This document shows positions 1-11,020 of a stretch of DNA of 64,000 nucleotides, one piece after another. The translations under genes and the position numbers were made by a program. This stretch comes from Candidatus Zixiibacteriota bacterium (GTDB taxonomy: Bacteria; Zixibacteria; MSB-5A5; GN15; JAAZOE01): NCBI GenBank assembly GCA_043819555.1, contig JBDREQ010000073.1:1-64000 (forward strand), in the 5' to 3' direction. The notes below the pieces were generated by a model. It was not told where the DNA came from. It did no database searches and was given only the letters and a program-made list of their open reading frames with translations. Position 1 is the stretch's first letter. Each line of letters starts with the position of its first letter.

Positions 1-120
1 AATGTCACGATATCGGCAGAGTTGATCACGCCGATCGCGATGGAGAAAGAACTTCGGTTCGCGATACGTGAAGGCGGCCGCACGATTGGCGCCGGCGTTA
101 TCGCCGAAGTAATTGAATAA
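1..120 (+). CDS. tuf: Elongation factor Tu, C-terminal end (partial)
   Basis: Frame 1 reads ...[32 protein letters not shown], the conserved EF-Tu C-terminus; lies just before rpsJ. Confidence 0.97.
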   Translation, partial: NVTISAELITPIAMEKELRFAIREGGRTIGAGVIAEVIE

Positions 121-138
121 AAACTGGTGAATGATTTT

Positions 139-447
139 ATGGATCCGCAGAAAATTAGAATTAGATTAAAAGCTTATGATCATTTTTCGCTTGATCGCTC
201 GACGAAAGAGATCGTTCGGACTGCATTAAGGACCGGGGCTCGAATTGCCGGACCGGTGCCGTTACCGACCAAGAAAACCGTTTATACGGTATTAAGATCC
301 CCCCACGTCGATAAGAAATCTAGGGAACAGTTTGAAACCAGAATTCACAAGCGATTAATTGATATTTATGACTCCACGCCGCAGACGGTTGACGCTTTGA
401 TGAAGCTCGATTTGCCTGCTGGTGTTGACGTTGAAATTAAAACCTGA
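139..447 (+). CDS. rpsJ: 30S ribosomal protein S10
   Basis: [18 protein letters not shown] and [14 protein letters not shown] motifs; ATG at 139 preferred over GTG at 127. Confidence 0.98.
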   Translation: MDPQKIRIRLKAYDHFSLDRSTKEIVRTALRTGARIAGPVPLPTKKTVYTVLRSPHVDKKSREQFETRIHKRLIDIYDSTPQTVDALMKLDLPAGVDVEIKT

Positions 448-457
448 TGGCTGAAGA

Positions 458-1090
458 ATGCATACATTACTTGGCAAAAAAATAGGAATGACCCGTCTTT
501 TTATGGAAGACGGAACGGCAGTTCCAGTGACGGTGGTCGAAGCCGGGCCATGTTCGGTGGTGGCTATCATGACCAAAGAAAAGAATGGTTACAATGCTTT
601 TCAGATTGGTTTTGGAACGGGCCGAAAAGACCTTTTCAATAAACCTCGAACGGGACAATTCAAAACGGCTGGAATCGATCCTACCCGGTATTTGCGTGAA
701 GTCCGGGTTCCCGAATTGGGTGAAACCAAAGTCGGTGACTCATTCAAGGTTGATGATATCTTCCATGAAGGAGAAAAGGTAGATATTACAGGCACATCCC
801 GCGGAATGGGATTTGCGGGTGTTATGAAACGCCATCATTTTAGCGGGAGCCAGAAAACTCACGGCCAGTCGGATCGGATGCGCGCCCCGGGTTCAATCGG
901 GCAGTCATCTTATCCTTCACGGGTGCTCAAGGGTATCCGCATGGCCGGCCGTATGGGCGGCGAAACTGTCACCGTAGCCGCGCTTAGAGTGGTAAAAGTG
1001 ATACCCGAAGAGAACTTAATTTTAATTAAAGGTGGCATTCCGGGCAAGGCGAACAGCCTGCTCAAGATTAGAAAATCGACTCGGAAGTAA
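458..1090 (+). CDS. rplC: 50S ribosomal protein L3
   Basis: GKKIGMT, GFAGVMKRH, PGSIG, MAGRMG motifs; operon order. Confidence 0.98.
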   Translation: MHTLLGKKIGMTRLFMEDGTAVPVTVVEAGPCSVVAIMTKEKNGYNAFQIGFGTGRKDLFNKPRTGQFKTAGIDPTRYLREVRVPELGETKVGDSFKVDDIFHEGEKVDITGTSRGMGFAGVMKRHHFSGSQKTHGQSDRMRAPGSIGQSSYPSRVLKGIRMAGRMGGETVTVAALRVVKVIPEENLILIKGGIPGKANSLLKIRKSTRK

Positions 1091-1098
1091 GGTAACAT

Positions 1099-1722
1099 AT
1101 GCCGGTAACGATATTTAAAGCAGACGGAAGCAAAGGGTCCACCATAGAATTGCCCGAAGCAGTATTCGGTATTGAGCCGAATGAAACGGTTGTGCATAAT
1201 TATATTGTAAATTATCTGGCCAATCAAAGGCAAGGCAATGCATCTACCCGTGTAAGAGGCGAAATTCGCGGTGGCGGGGCCAAACCATGGCGACAGAAAG
1301 GCACCGGTCGAGCTCGATCCGGAACCATCCGTTCTCCCCTATGGAGAGGGGGCGGTATTGTCTTTGGTCCGCACCCAAGATGCTATTATAACAGGATGCC
1401 TAAAAAGCAAAAACGATTGGCCCTGAAATCAGTTTTTTCTGATAAGGCCAAAACCGAAAACATCAGGGTTCTTGATAAACTTGATTTTCCGGATAAAAAA
1501 ACTAAAAACCTTAAAACGCTCCTTGGGAATCTGGAATTAGTCGGCAAAAAAGTCCTCGTCCTTGATGAAGGCATGAATCCAAATCCTTATTGGGCTGCCC
1601 GTAATTTAACGGGGGTTAAGGTCGTCAGAGCGCGTTTGGCAAATGCTTATGATGTTTTGCACGCGGATGTTTTATTAATCACCCAATCCGGATTAAAGGA
1701 AATTGCGGAGGTGTTTGCCTGA
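1099..1722 (+). CDS. rplD: 50S ribosomal protein L4
   Basis: [22 protein letters not shown] motifs. Confidence 0.98.
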   Translation: MPVTIFKADGSKGSTIELPEAVFGIEPNETVVHNYIVNYLANQRQGNASTRVRGEIRGGGAKPWRQKGTGRARSGTIRSPLWRGGGIVFGPHPRCYYNRMPKKQKRLALKSVFSDKAKTENIRVLDKLDFPDKKTKNLKTLLGNLELVGKKVLVLDEGMNPNPYWAARNLTGVKVVRARLANAYDVLHADVLLITQSGLKEIAEVFA

Positions 1723-2009
1723 TGGAAGCTCGGAGAATAATAAGGCAATATTTGGCCACTGAGAAATCGGTCATTGCCAAAGAGGCTTATGGCAAATATG
1801 CCTTTATAGTGGAATTAAGGGCAAACAAGAATCAAATAAAACATGCAATTGAGGATCTGTTTAAGGTTGAAGTTGAATCGATTCGCACAATGGTATTGCC
1901 CGGTAAAATCAAGAGAATGGGACGTTATGAAGGCAAGACTTCCAAATGGAAAAAAGCTGTAGTTAAATTGAAAGGCGACGCCCAAATCGCGGAGCTTGAA
2001 AATCTCTAA
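1722..2009 (+). CDS. rplW: 50S ribosomal protein L23
   Basis: TEK...ANKNQIK...WKKAVV; operon order. Confidence 0.97.
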   Translation: MEARRIIRQYLATEKSVIAKEAYGKYAFIVELRANKNQIKHAIEDLFKVEVESIRTMVLPGKIKRMGRYEGKTSKWKKAVVKLKGDAQIAELENL

Positions 2010-2028
2010 AGCAGATGTTGGATAGATT

Positions 2029-2850
2029 ATGGGTATAAAAAAATACAGACCGATCACGCCGTCATTAAGGTTCAGGACAACTCCGACGTTTGAAGAAATT
2101 ACGTCAATCATTCCTGAGAAATCATTGATTCAAATCTTAAAGAAAACCGGCGGCCGGAATAATAAAGGTCGAATTACCGCTTACCAGCGAGGCGGCGGCC
2201 ATAAACAATTCTACCGGATTATTGATTTCAAGCGGAACAAACATGATATTCCGGCGCGTGTGGCATCCATTGAGTACGATCCCAATCGTTCTTCCCGCAT
2301 TGCGCTCCTTCATTATGCTGATGGAGAAAAGCGATATGTTCTGGCACCGGATGGATTGAATGTTGATGACATGATTATGTCGGGTGAAAAAGCTGACATC
2401 AAGATTGGTAACGCCACACAACTGGCCAGAATACCTCTGGGAACGATGATTCATAACGTGGAAATGCGGCCCGGGAAAGGCGGACAAATCGGCCGCGGCG
2501 CCGGAACGATGGTCCAATTAATGGCAAAAGAGGGCAAGTACGCTCATTTAAAAATGCCTTCTGGCGAAGTTCGATTGGTCCCGATTATCTGTCTGGCAAC
2601 TATTGGGCAGGTCGGTAATATCGATCACGAAAATGTCGTCTGGGGCAAAGCCGGCGCTCGTCGTTGGCGCGGGTTGCGTCCCAATGTTCGCGGCGTGGCG
2701 ATGAACCCTGTTGACCACCCCATGGGTGGAGGCGAAGGACGCAGCTCGGGTGGCCGCCATCCTTGTACGCCCTGGGGAAAACCGACTAAAGGTAAGAAAA
2801 CCAGACATAAAAAAAATTCGGACGCTTTAATTGTTAAGCGACGCAAGTAA
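2029..2850 (+). CDS. rplB: 50S ribosomal protein L2
   Basis: [33 protein letters not shown]. Confidence 0.99.
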   Translation: MGIKKYRPITPSLRFRTTPTFEEITSIIPEKSLIQILKKTGGRNNKGRITAYQRGGGHKQFYRIIDFKRNKHDIPARVASIEYDPNRSSRIALLHYADGEKRYVLAPDGLNVDDMIMSGEKADIKIGNATQLARIPLGTMIHNVEMRPGKGGQIGRGAGTMVQLMAKEGKYAHLKMPSGEVRLVPIICLATIGQVGNIDHENVVWGKAGARRWRGLRPNVRGVAMNPVDHPMGGGEGRSSGGRHPCTPWGKPTKGKKTRHKKNSDALIVKRRK

Positions 2851-2870
2851 AGTAAAGACACGGAGGATAA

Positions 2871-3164
2871 ATGGCCCGGTCACTTAAAAAAGGCCCTTAT
2901 ATTGACCCAAAATTGTTCAGTAAGGTTGAAGTTCTGAATGAAACCGGGGAGAAAAGAGTAATAAAAACCTGGTCTCGCCGATCAACCATATCGCCGGAAT
3001 TTGTCGGCCATACTTTAGCCGTACATACCGGCAATAAGTTTATCCCGATTTATATTACCGAAAATATGGTGGGTCACAAACTTGGTGAATTCGCTCCGAC
3101 GCGTACTTTTCGCGGGCATGGTGGAAAACTGGCCGAACGTGCTTCGGCGGTCAAACGAGTATAA
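2871..3164 (+). CDS. rpsS: 30S ribosomal protein S19
   Basis: [27 protein letters not shown]. Confidence 0.99.
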   Translation: MARSLKKGPYIDPKLFSKVEVLNETGEKRVIKTWSRRSTISPEFVGHTLAVHTGNKFIPIYITENMVGHKLGEFAPTRTFRGHGGKLAERASAVKRV

Positions 3165-3178
3165 CGGGATTTGATACA

Positions 3179-3790
3179 ATGCAGGCAAAAGCAAGATTAA
3201 GATATTTAATGATGTCGCCGCGTAAGATTCGCCGCGTTGTCGAATTGGTTAAGGGTAAATCGGTAGAGGACGCGATTACAATTCTCAAATTTACCAATAA
3301 GGCGGCGGCCGGACCGTTGTCCAAAACAATTCAATCAGCGACTGCAAACGCATTGGCAATCGAAGGTACGTCACGGCTAAAAGCCGAGGATTTATCAATT
3401 GCGCGAATAAATGTCGACGAAGGGCCTCGGGCCAAGAGAATTCGCTTCCGTGCCATGGGACGAGTTTTTCGTTATAAAAAACGATTCGCGCATATTACCG
3501 TGGTTGTCGAGGGTGAGGCGGTCGAAGAAGCGAAGACGAAAAGAACCATTGGCAGGAAAAAAGCCGAAGACGAGATGAAATCGGCCGCAAAGGTAACAAC
3601 CGGGAAGGCGGCCAAAAAGAAAACAGCCGCAAAAAAGGCGACCGCAAAGAAAGCGACGGCCAAAAAATCGGACGGAACGAAAAAGTCGACGACAAAGAAA
3701 ACAGCCGCAAAAGATAAAACGAAGACAACGGCTAAGCCTAAAAAGAAAACGGCCGCCAAAAAGCCGGCTAAGAAGAAGGAAAAAGAATAA
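3179..3790 (+). CDS. rplV: 50S ribosomal protein L22 with long Lys/Ala/Thr-rich C-terminal extension
   Basis: SPRKIR...VDEGP...RAMGR...HITVVV core (~113 aa) followed by ~90 aa of AKK/TAKK repeats. Confidence 0.96.
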   Translation: MQAKARLRYLMMSPRKIRRVVELVKGKSVEDAITILKFTNKAAAGPLSKTIQSATANALAIEGTSRLKAEDLSIARINVDEGPRAKRIRFRAMGRVFRYKKRFAHITVVVEGEAVEEAKTKRTIGRKKAEDEMKSAAKVTTGKAAKKKTAAKKATAKKATAKKSDGTKKSTTKKTAAKDKTKTTAKPKKKTAAKKPAKKKEKE

Positions 3791-3816
3791 ACCGAAAGGT
3801 TTATGGAGGATAAATT

Positions 3817-4677
3817 TTGGGTCAAAAAACAAATCCCATAGGTTTCAGACTCGGAGTAACAAAGTCCTGGAATTCAAAATGGTTTTCCGTGAAATCTGTT
3901 GCTGATCTTATTCAAGAGGACCTGCTGATAAAAAAATATATTTCTACTCGCCTCGATAATGCCGGGCTGGCTAAAGTTGAAATAATTCGAGCCCCAAAGA
4001 AGGTGACCGTTGACATCCACACCGCCCGCCCGGGCATTGTAATTGGACGCCGGGGGGCCGAAGTTGACAAATTAAGAGAAGAATTGCAGCTCCTGGCCAA
4101 TCAAGATATAACTCTCAATATTATCGAGGTCAAAAAGCCTGAATTGTCAGCCCAGCTCGTAGCCGATTCAATCGCCAAACAATTGGAAGGGCGCGTTTCT
4201 TTCCGTCGGGCAATGAAAAGATCTCTTTCAGCTACGATGAAAATGGGCGCCGATGGCATTAAAATTATCTGCAACGGCCGTCTAAATGGGGCTGAAATCG
4301 CTCGCTCGGAAAAGTACATGGAAGGACGAGTACCGCTTCATACCCTGCGTGCTGATATAGATTACGCAATCGCCACCGCACATACAACCTATGGGTGTAT
4401 CGGCGTCAAAATATGGATTTGTAAAGGCACTATTCTGGATCGAGGTGACTTTACTCCTGAGGGACGCGAAGATAAAATGTTTGGTGATGGAACTGAAGCC
4501 GCTCGCGGCGCTCATAGAGGAGAAAAAAGACATAAACGCAAACCTGCCGGACGAGTTCGCAGGGATAATATCTCCGACAAATCTAAAAAGAGAGGGGGCG
4601 GGAAGCCTCGCAGGCAGAGAAAACCGGGCGGCAAGCCTCCTGCTAATAAAACGATGAAAGAAGACGGAGACAAATAG
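3817..4677 (+). CDS. rpsC: 30S ribosomal protein S3 with basic C-terminal tail
   Basis: [36 protein letters not shown] start after a GGAGG RBS. Confidence 0.98.
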   Translation: MGQKTNPIGFRLGVTKSWNSKWFSVKSVADLIQEDLLIKKYISTRLDNAGLAKVEIIRAPKKVTVDIHTARPGIVIGRRGAEVDKLREELQLLANQDITLNIIEVKKPELSAQLVADSIAKQLEGRVSFRRAMKRSLSATMKMGADGIKIICNGRLNGAEIARSEKYMEGRVPLHTLRADIDYAIATAHTTYGCIGVKIWICKGTILDRGDFTPEGREDKMFGDGTEAARGAHRGEKRHKRKPAGRVRRDNISDKSKKRGGGKPRRQRKPGGKPPANKTMKEDGDK

Positions 4678-4679
4678 TC

Positions 4680-5102
4680 ATGTTAATGCCGAAACGGACC
4701 AAGTATAGAAAAACCCAACGAGGTCGCCGGCGTGGAAACGCTTATAGAGGCTCAAATATTGATTTTGGGCAATTTGCGCTGAAAGCAGTGGAAGCCTGCT
4801 GGTTAACCAATCGTCAAATCGAAGCGGCTCGTGTAGCTTTGACCAGACATATTAAGCGTGGCGGAAAAATCTGGATTCGCGTTTTTCCCGATAAGCCGGT
4901 CACTCAAAAACCGGCCGAAACCAGAATGGGTAAGGGTAAAGGCGCTCCCGAATATTGGGTCGCGGTCGTGAAGCCCGGTCGAATCCTTTTTGAAATAGAA
5001 GGCGTTGATATAAAACTTGCCCGAGCGGCGTTGGATCTGGCTTCCCACAAACTGCCGATAAAAACCAAATTTGTCACTCGTACTGAATTGGAAGGTATTT
5101 AA
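4680..5102 (+). CDS. rplP: 50S ribosomal protein L16
   Basis: [23 protein letters not shown]. Confidence 0.99.
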   Translation: MLMPKRTKYRKTQRGRRRGNAYRGSNIDFGQFALKAVEACWLTNRQIEAARVALTRHIKRGGKIWIRVFPDKPVTQKPAETRMGKGKGAPEYWVAVVKPGRILFEIEGVDIKLARAALDLASHKLPIKTKFVTRTELEGI

Positions 5103-5104
5103 CA

Positions 5105-5368
5105 ATGCGCATGGAAACTCTCAGGGATCTGACAAAAGATGAACTGCTTCAAAAACGTGATGAAATGAAGCAAGAGTTATTTAATCTAAAATTGCGTCGC
5201 GGCATCAGCCAGCTTGATAATCCGCTGAAGCTGCGTACCCTTCGCCGTGATATTGCCAAAATAGAAACAGTTATTAGCGAAGACAAAAAAAATATAAGAA
5301 AAATCGTCGATCAGGCGGGATCAATTCTCGAACAGGCCGATGAGACAAAAGAAATAATCAGTGAATAA
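5105..5368 (+). CDS. rpmC: 50S ribosomal protein L29 (C-terminally extended)
   Basis: ELFNL...[11 protein letters not shown]; position between rplP and rpsQ. Confidence 0.93.
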   Translation: MRMETLRDLTKDELLQKRDEMKQELFNLKLRRGISQLDNPLKLRTLRRDIAKIETVISEDKKNIRKIVDQAGSILEQADETKEIISE

Positions 5369-5387
5369 TACAGGAGTCGCACCAGAG

Positions 5388-5645
5388 ATGGCTGAAAGAA
5401 ACCGGAGAAAAACCCGAATCGGTACCGTAATCTCCAATAAAGCAAACCAAACCCTGGTTGTCGAAGTCAATCGTACTTTAAGACATCCATTATATGAGCG
5501 CATTATCCGGACAAAATCGAAATTGTACGCTCATGATGCCAGGGGCGAGGCCGGAATTGGAGATGTAATTCGGGTAATGGAATGTCGGCCGCTATCAAAA
5601 ACTAAACGCTGGCGCCTTGTGGAAATTATGGAGAAGGCCAAGTAA
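5388..5645 (+). CDS. rpsQ: 30S ribosomal protein S17
   Basis: HPLYER...AHD...[13 protein letters not shown] at 5388 follows an AGGAG RBS. Confidence 0.97.
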   Translation: MAERNRRKTRIGTVISNKANQTLVVEVNRTLRHPLYERIIRTKSKLYAHDARGEAGIGDVIRVMECRPLSKTKRWRLVEIMEKAK

Positions 5646-5673
5646 AGTCTAACGCGGTCTGGGAGATGCGAAG

Positions 5674-6042
5674 ATGATTCAGGAATATACTCGACTGGTG
5701 GTAGCTGATAATTCCGGGGCAAAGCGTGTTATGTGCTTTAAGGTCCTTGGAGGCTCCAAAAAACGTTATGCTCGAGTCGGAGATATAATAGTTTGCACCG
5801 TAAAAGACGCCATACCAGGCGGCACGGTCAAGAAATCTGAGGTTTGTAAAGCGGTTGTCGTCAGAACAACCAAGGAAATTCGCCGTAAGGATGGTTCATT
5901 AATTCGGTTTTCCGATAATGCGGCCGTGATTATTAATGATCAGAATGAACCGCGCGGAACTCGTATTTTTGGACCGGTAGCCCGAGAGCTTCGTGAAAAG
6001 CAGTTTATGAAAATAATCTCTTTGGCTCCGGAAGTTATTTAA
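5674..6042 (+). CDS. rplN: 50S ribosomal protein L14
   Basis: [27 protein letters not shown]. Confidence 0.99.
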   Translation: MIQEYTRLVVADNSGAKRVMCFKVLGGSKKRYARVGDIIVCTVKDAIPGGTVKKSEVCKAVVVRTTKEIRRKDGSLIRFSDNAAVIINDQNEPRGTRIFGPVARELREKQFMKIISLAPEVI

Positions 6043-6054
6043 GGAATACCTGAT

Positions 6055-6381
6055 ATGAATATTAAAAAAGGCGATACGGTTTACGTGATAAGCGGTAATT
6101 CTAAAGGTAAAACCGCCAAGGTCTTGCATGTGTTTCCTGAAAGCAACCGCCTTATTGCTGAAGGCGTTCACATGATGAAGCGTCATACGCGTCCGACTCA
6201 AAGGAATCAAAAGGGCGGTATTATTTCAAAAGAAGGCACTATAAATCGCTCTAATGTAAAACTTTATTGCGGATCTTGCAACAGCCCGACGCGGGTAGCT
6301 TACAAGCTAATCGATTCCAAGGGCGAAGGTAAGTCAAAAGCCAAAACGCGCTGTTGCAAATTATGCGGCGCTGAGTTATAA
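6055..6381 (+). CDS. rplX: 50S ribosomal protein L24
   Basis: IKKGDTV.VISG..KGK KOW motif; also CGSC...CKLC. Confidence 0.96.
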   Translation: MNIKKGDTVYVISGNSKGKTAKVLHVFPESNRLIAEGVHMMKRHTRPTQRNQKGGIISKEGTINRSNVKLYCGSCNSPTRVAYKLIDSKGEGKSKAKTRCCKLCGAEL

Positions 6382-6397
6382 GGGAGTTGCTTAAGAA

Positions 6398-6943
6398 ATG
6401 GCACGGCTTAAAAAGAAATATCTTGATGAAATAGTCCCCAAATTAATGAAGGACAATAAATATCCCTCCGTTATGGCAGTACCCAAAATCGAAAAGATCA
6501 CGGTCAATATCGGTGTCGGCGAAGCGATTACAAATGCCAAAACTCTGGATGCCGCCGTTGAAGATTTAAGAGTCATTACCGGCCAGCAGCCGGTCATTAC
6601 TCGGGCAAGCAAATCTATATCCAATTTCAAGCTCCGCCAGGGAATGTCTGTCGGGTGTCGGGTTACACTACGACGCGAAAAAATGTATGAATTCCTGGAT
6701 CGGCTGATGAATTCGGCAATGGCTCGTATCAGAGATTTTCGCGGAATTTCTACGAAATCCTGCGACGGCCGTGGGAATTTTAATATCGGGATCAAAGAAC
6801 AATTGATTTTTCCCGAGATCGATTATGATAAAATTGACAAAGTCCGCGGTTTGTCAATTGCCATCACAACAACTGCGGAAACCGACGCGGAATGTATTCA
6901 GTTGCTTAGAGAATTTGGTATGCCATTCCGGAAAGAGGAGTAA
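6398..6943 (+). CDS. rplE: 50S ribosomal protein L5
   Basis: [27 protein letters not shown]. Confidence 0.99.
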   Translation: MARLKKKYLDEIVPKLMKDNKYPSVMAVPKIEKITVNIGVGEAITNAKTLDAAVEDLRVITGQQPVITRASKSISNFKLRQGMSVGCRVTLRREKMYEFLDRLMNSAMARIRDFRGISTKSCDGRGNFNIGIKEQLIFPEIDYDKIDKVRGLSIAITTTAETDAECIQLLREFGMPFRKEE

Positions 6944-6945
6944 TC

Positions 6946-7131
6946 GTGGCCAAGAAGTGCTTGATTGAAAAACAAAAACGTAAACCTAAATTTAAGGTTC
7001 GAGGCTACAGTCGATGCCGCCGTTGCGGACGACCGAGGGCTTTCATGCGCCAATTCGGTTTATGCCGAATTTGCTTTCGTGAACTTGCTTTATTTGGTGA
7101 ATTGCCTGGAGTCAGGAAAGCCAGTTGGTAA
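6946..7131 (+). CDS. rpsN: 30S ribosomal protein S14, zinc-binding type Z
   Basis: 61 aa with CRRC...CRIC and KASW end. Confidence 0.97.
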   Translation: MAKKCLIEKQKRKPKFKVRGYSRCRRCGRPRAFMRQFGLCRICFRELALFGELPGVRKASW

Positions 7132-7174
7132 AATTTGCCGATTTACGGCAGAATAGTATTAGGAGTATTTGGTT

Positions 7175-7579
7175 ATGTCAATGACCGACCCGATTGCGGA
7201 TATGCTGACTAGAATTAGAAATGCTTGTAAGGCTAAAAAAGTAGCGGTTGATGTTCCTGCCTCTAAGTTGAAAAAGGAAATCGCCCGCATTTTAAAAGAA
7301 AATAACTACATCAAAGATTATATTGAACTGCCCAGTCGAAATAAACAAGGTCTCATTCGCGTATATCTTAAATATAGCCGCGAGGATAAACCGATTATTA
7401 AAGGTTTGCGTCGAATCTCACGCCCCGGATTAAGAAAATATGTTGACGCTACTGATTCATTTCAATATGGCTACGGCCGGCAGGGAATGATGATTATCTC
7501 AACCTCTTCGGGAGTTATGACCAGTTCGGAAGCGGCAACTAAGAAAGTGGGCGGCGAAGCTGTCTGCGCCATTTGGTAA
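7175..7579 (+). CDS. rpsH: 30S ribosomal protein S8
   Basis: TDPIADMLTRIRNA, RISRPGLR, STSSGVM, GGE. Confidence 0.98.
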   Translation: MSMTDPIADMLTRIRNACKAKKVAVDVPASKLKKEIARILKENNYIKDYIELPSRNKQGLIRVYLKYSREDKPIIKGLRRISRPGLRKYVDATDSFQYGYGRQGMMIISTSSGVMTSSEAATKKVGGEAVCAIW

Positions 7580-7591
7580 GGAGAAGACGTT

Positions 7592-8140
7592 ATGTCACGC
7601 GTCGGAAAAAAACCGGTTGAAATCCCCAAAGGGGTAAAAGTTACATTATCCGGTTCTCAAATGACGGTCGAAGGACCGAAGGGAACTTTGATTAAAAAAT
7701 TTCATCCGGATATGACTATAAATATTGGCGAGGAAACAATTGAAGTCCTCCGATCTTCGGACAAAAATTTTCATCGCAGCCTTCACGGTCTTACCCGCGC
7801 TTTGATTCAAAATATGATAACCGGGGTAACACAAGGTTATACAATACGACTGGAAGTTATTGGAGTGCAATATCGGGCGGAGATGAAAGGTAATCACTTG
7901 TTTTTCCCTCCAAAGGCAATTGGCTATTCTCACGCTGTTTTGGTGAAGGCGCCGGAGGGTATTGTTTTGGAATTCGATCCCAAGCCTAAAATTATTACTG
8001 TCTCCGGTATTGATAAAGAACTTGTCGGATTAACAGCCGATCGGATTCGCGCCATACGTAAGCCGGAACCATATAAAGGTAAGGGTATTAAATACGTCGG
8101 CGAGCATATTCGTCGTAAAGTTGGCAAGACTGCCGCATAA
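7592..8140 (+). CDS. rplF: 50S ribosomal protein L6
   Basis: MSRVGKKP, PEPYKGKGI. Confidence 0.98.
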   Translation: MSRVGKKPVEIPKGVKVTLSGSQMTVEGPKGTLIKKFHPDMTINIGEETIEVLRSSDKNFHRSLHGLTRALIQNMITGVTQGYTIRLEVIGVQYRAEMKGNHLFFPPKAIGYSHAVLVKAPEGIVLEFDPKPKIITVSGIDKELVGLTADRIRAIRKPEPYKGKGIKYVGEHIRRKVGKTAA

Positions 8141-8159
8141 TAATGGAGTTGTTGTAACG

Positions 8160-8534
8160 ATGATCTCAAATACTAAGAAAAAAGCTGCCAGAGCGCTGAA
8201 ACGACGTCGCCGGGTTCGGGGAAAGATCAATGGCACTTCCCAAATTCCTCGTCTTACGGTCTCAAAGTCTCTTAATAATATGTATATGCAAATAGTAGAT
8301 GATCATAAATGCATCACCCTTTTTGGGCTGGCTACTAATTCAAAAGAATTCGCCGGAAAGTTGGATAAAAGCGATTCGAAGGTTGACAAAGCAAAAAAAC
8401 TCGGTCAGGCATTTGCCGAGTTGGCTATCGAAAAGGGAATTGAAAAGGTCGTTTTCGATCGCAATCAGTTTCGGTATCATGGGCGTGTAAAAGCTGCGGC
8501 TGAGGGCGCTCGCGAAAAAGGTTTGAAATTTTAA
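8160..8534 (+). CDS. rplR: 50S ribosomal protein L18
   Basis: PRL.V.KS, VFDR...YHGRVKA; ATG at 8160 chosen so as not to overlap rplF. Confidence 0.96.
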   Translation: MISNTKKKAARALKRRRRVRGKINGTSQIPRLTVSKSLNNMYMQIVDDHKCITLFGLATNSKEFAGKLDKSDSKVDKAKKLGQAFAELAIEKGIEKVVFDRNQFRYHGRVKAAAEGAREKGLKF

Positions 8535-8555
8535 TTTGAAGAATAAATGAGGTGA

Positions 8556-9041
8556 ATGTTGACCCGATTTGAAGTTGATAGTCTTGAATTTCAGGAAAAA
8601 GTAATTCACATTAACCGAGTCGCCAAGGTTGTCAAGGGTGGACGACGTTTTTCATTCACGGCTCTGGTTGCTGTGGGTGACGGCAATGGCAAAGTAGGAA
8701 TCGGACTCGGCAAAGCCAAAGAAGTTGCTGGGGCAATTCATAAGGGCACCGAGGCGGCCAGGCGCGCTATGGTTAATGTGTCGATCTCCGGTGGCACCAT
8801 CCCGCATCGCATAATCGGTGAATTCGGGGCTGCCCGGGTAATTCTCAAACCGGCTTCGGCCGGTACCGGTGTAATCGCTGGCGGCGGAGTTCGTGCGGTT
8901 TTAGAAGCGGCCGGCGTCCAGGATATTCTGACTAAAGCCCTCGGTTCGCGCAATCCGCACAATGTCGTAAAAGCCACAATGAACGGGCTTCAGAATTTGC
9001 GCACCGGCGAAGAAGAAAAAGAATACAGAGAAAAGGGTTAA
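8556..9041 (+). CDS. rpsE: 30S ribosomal protein S5
   Basis: [23 protein letters not shown]. Confidence 0.99.
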   Translation: MLTRFEVDSLEFQEKVIHINRVAKVVKGGRRFSFTALVAVGDGNGKVGIGLGKAKEVAGAIHKGTEAARRAMVNVSISGGTIPHRIIGEFGAARVILKPASAGTGVIAGGGVRAVLEAAGVQDILTKALGSRNPHNVVKATMNGLQNLRTGEEEKEYREKG

Positions 9042-9052
9042 AAGGTTCTGTT

Positions 9053-9235
9053 ATGGCAAAGATAAAAATCACACAGATTCGTTCCGTAATAGGACGGAAA
9101 CCGCAACACAAACGCACTATCGAAGCATTGGGATTGGGCAGAATCAGGAAATCAGTTATTCACGAAGATACTCCCCAAATCAAAGGTATGGTAAAAAGCG
9201 TGGCGTTTCTTGTTAACGTTGAGAATGTGAAGTAG
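9053..9235 (+). CDS. rpmD: 50S ribosomal protein L30
   Basis: KITQIRS.IG...ALGL...GMV; operon order. Confidence 0.96.
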   Translation: MAKIKITQIRSVIGRKPQHKRTIEALGLGRIRKSVIHEDTPQIKGMVKSVAFLVNVENVK

Positions 9236-9263
9236 CCTCTCGGCGCAAAAGTTAGGGTATAAA

Positions 9264-9707
9264 ATGGAACTTTCAAATTTAAAACCAGCTTCCGGATCAA
9301 GAAAGAAAAGAAAACGTGTGGGACGGGGACCCGGATCCGGTATGGGTAAAACCTCTACGCGAGGACATAAAGGGCAGAAAGCCCGCAGCGGCGGCTCGGT
9401 TCAGCCATGGATGCATGGCGGTCAAATGCCACTGCACCTGCGCCTCCCCAAGCGGGGTTTTACAAATATCTTTAAGCAGGAATTTCAGATTATAAACCTC
9501 TTTTCACTAAAAGGCCTGCCGGTCGAAGAACCGATTACTGCGGATGTTTTGAAAAAGCACGGCAAAATTAAATCGCTGAATATACCGGTGAAGATTCTCG
9601 GCCAGGGTGAAATTGAAGCGGCAATGACAATCGTTGTCGATGCCTGCAGTGAAACCGCCCGAAACAAAATCGAGGCGGCCGGAGGAAAGGTTGAGGTAGC
9701 TCAGTGA
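9264..9707 (+). CDS. rplO: 50S ribosomal protein L15
   Basis: RVGRGPGSG.GKT..RGHKGQKARSG, GGQMPL..RLPKRGF. Confidence 0.98.
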   Translation: MELSNLKPASGSRKKRKRVGRGPGSGMGKTSTRGHKGQKARSGGSVQPWMHGGQMPLHLRLPKRGFTNIFKQEFQIINLFSLKGLPVEEPITADVLKKHGKIKSLNIPVKILGQGEIEAAMTIVVDACSETARNKIEAAGGKVEVAQ

Positions 9708-11020
9708 TAGGAACGTTTCAATCGATTTTCAAAATTGAAGAACTGAGAAGAAGGATTTTCTATACTTTAGGCCTTCTGATTGTTTATCGCATTGGCGGCC
9801 ATATTCCGACACCGGGTATTGATGCCGGGGTTCTCCAGAGCTTTTTTGCCGGCGCGCAGGGAACTCTGGTAGGAATGTTTGATATGTTTGCCGGCGGGGC
9901 GTTTCAGAAGGCAACTATCTTTGCCCTGGGTATTATGCCGTACATCTCGGCTTCGATTATTATGCAGTTATTGGGCGCGGTAATTCCTTTTATCCAAAAA
10001 TTGCAAAAGGAGGGCGAGGAAGGGCGTCGCAAAATTACCCAGTACACCCGTTATGGAACCGTCGTCATCGCTGCCTTGCAGGCTTTCGGTACGGCGACAT
10101 ATCTGCAATCGATCGTCTCGTCGGACGGTCGCGCCGCCGTAGTTATGGATAGTTGGCAATTTGTTCCCCTGACGGTTTTGACTTTTACATGCGGGACCAT
10201 TTTTATAATGTGGCTCGGTGAACAGATTACCCAGCGTGGTATCGGAAACGGTATCTCGCTTATAATCTTTGCTGGTATTATCGCCCGCTTCCCGCAAGCT
10301 GTGGTTGAGGAAGGACAGGCGGTTTTAAATGGTACGCGCTCGATCTTTGTCGAAGTTTTGATGATAGCGATGATGCTGGTCGTTATTGCAGCGGTAATTG
10401 TTGTTACGAGAGGCCAGCGGCGCATTCCCGTACAGTATCCCAAAAAAGTTGTCGGACGAAAAGTGTACGGCGGCCAAACGACGCACCTCCCGCTTTCGGT
10501 AAACTCAGCCGGTATTATCCCAATTATTTTTGCCCAATCGATTATGTTTGCCCCGGCGACGGTGGCGCAAATGTTCCCAAATGTGGAATGGATAAATAAT
10601 ATAATCGGTTATTGGCTGGCGCCGGGAACGCTGTTTTATTCGATATTATACGGTTTGATAATTGTATTTTTCGCGTATTTTTATACTGCTCTGACATTCA
10701 ATCCGATTGATCTGGCTGATAATATGCGCAAAAACGGCGGATTTATTCCCGGGATTCGACCGGGGAAACGAACGGCTGAATATATCGAAAAGATTTTGAC
10801 TCGCATCACATTACCGGGTGCGGTATTCTTTGCCATGATCGCTATTTTGCCCTGGGTGTTAGTGGCTCAGTTGAATGTAAACTATTTCTTTGGCGGGACT
10901 GGGCTCTTGATTATCGTCGGTGTAGCCCTTGATACATTGCAGCAAATCGAATCGCATTTGCTGATGAGACATTATGACGGCTTTATGAAAAAAGGCCGTA
11001 TTCGTGGGAGATCTTATTAA
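9704..11020 (+). CDS. secY: Preprotein translocase subunit SecY
   Basis: ALGIMPYISASI, GIGNGISL, IPGIRPG, GGTGLLI; multiple TM segments. Confidence 0.99.
   Translation: MIGTFQSIFKIEELRRRIFYTLGLLIVYRIGGHIPTPGIDAGVLQSFFAGAQGTLVGMFDMFAGGAFQKATIFALGIMPYISASIIMQLLGAVIPFIQKLQKEGEEGRRKITQYTRYGTVVIAALQAFGTATYLQSIVSSDGRAAVVMDSWQFVPLTVLTFTCGTIFIMWLGEQITQRGIGNGISLIIFAGIIARFPQAVVEEGQAVLNGTRSIFVEVLMIAMMLVVIAAVIVVTRGQRRIPVQYPKKVVGRKVYGGQTTHLPLSVNSAGIIPIIFAQSIMFAPATVAQMFPNVEWINNIIGYWLAPGTLFYSILYGLIIVFFAYFYTALTFNPIDLADNMRKNGGFIPGIRPGKRTAEYIEKILTRITLPGAVFFAMIAILPWVLVAQLNVNYFFGGTGLLIIVGVALDTLQQIESHLLMRHYDGFMKKGRIRGRSY

Noticed and set aside
3395..3832. Phe-rich antisense ORFs
   Set aside because: Shadows of the Lys-rich L22 tail
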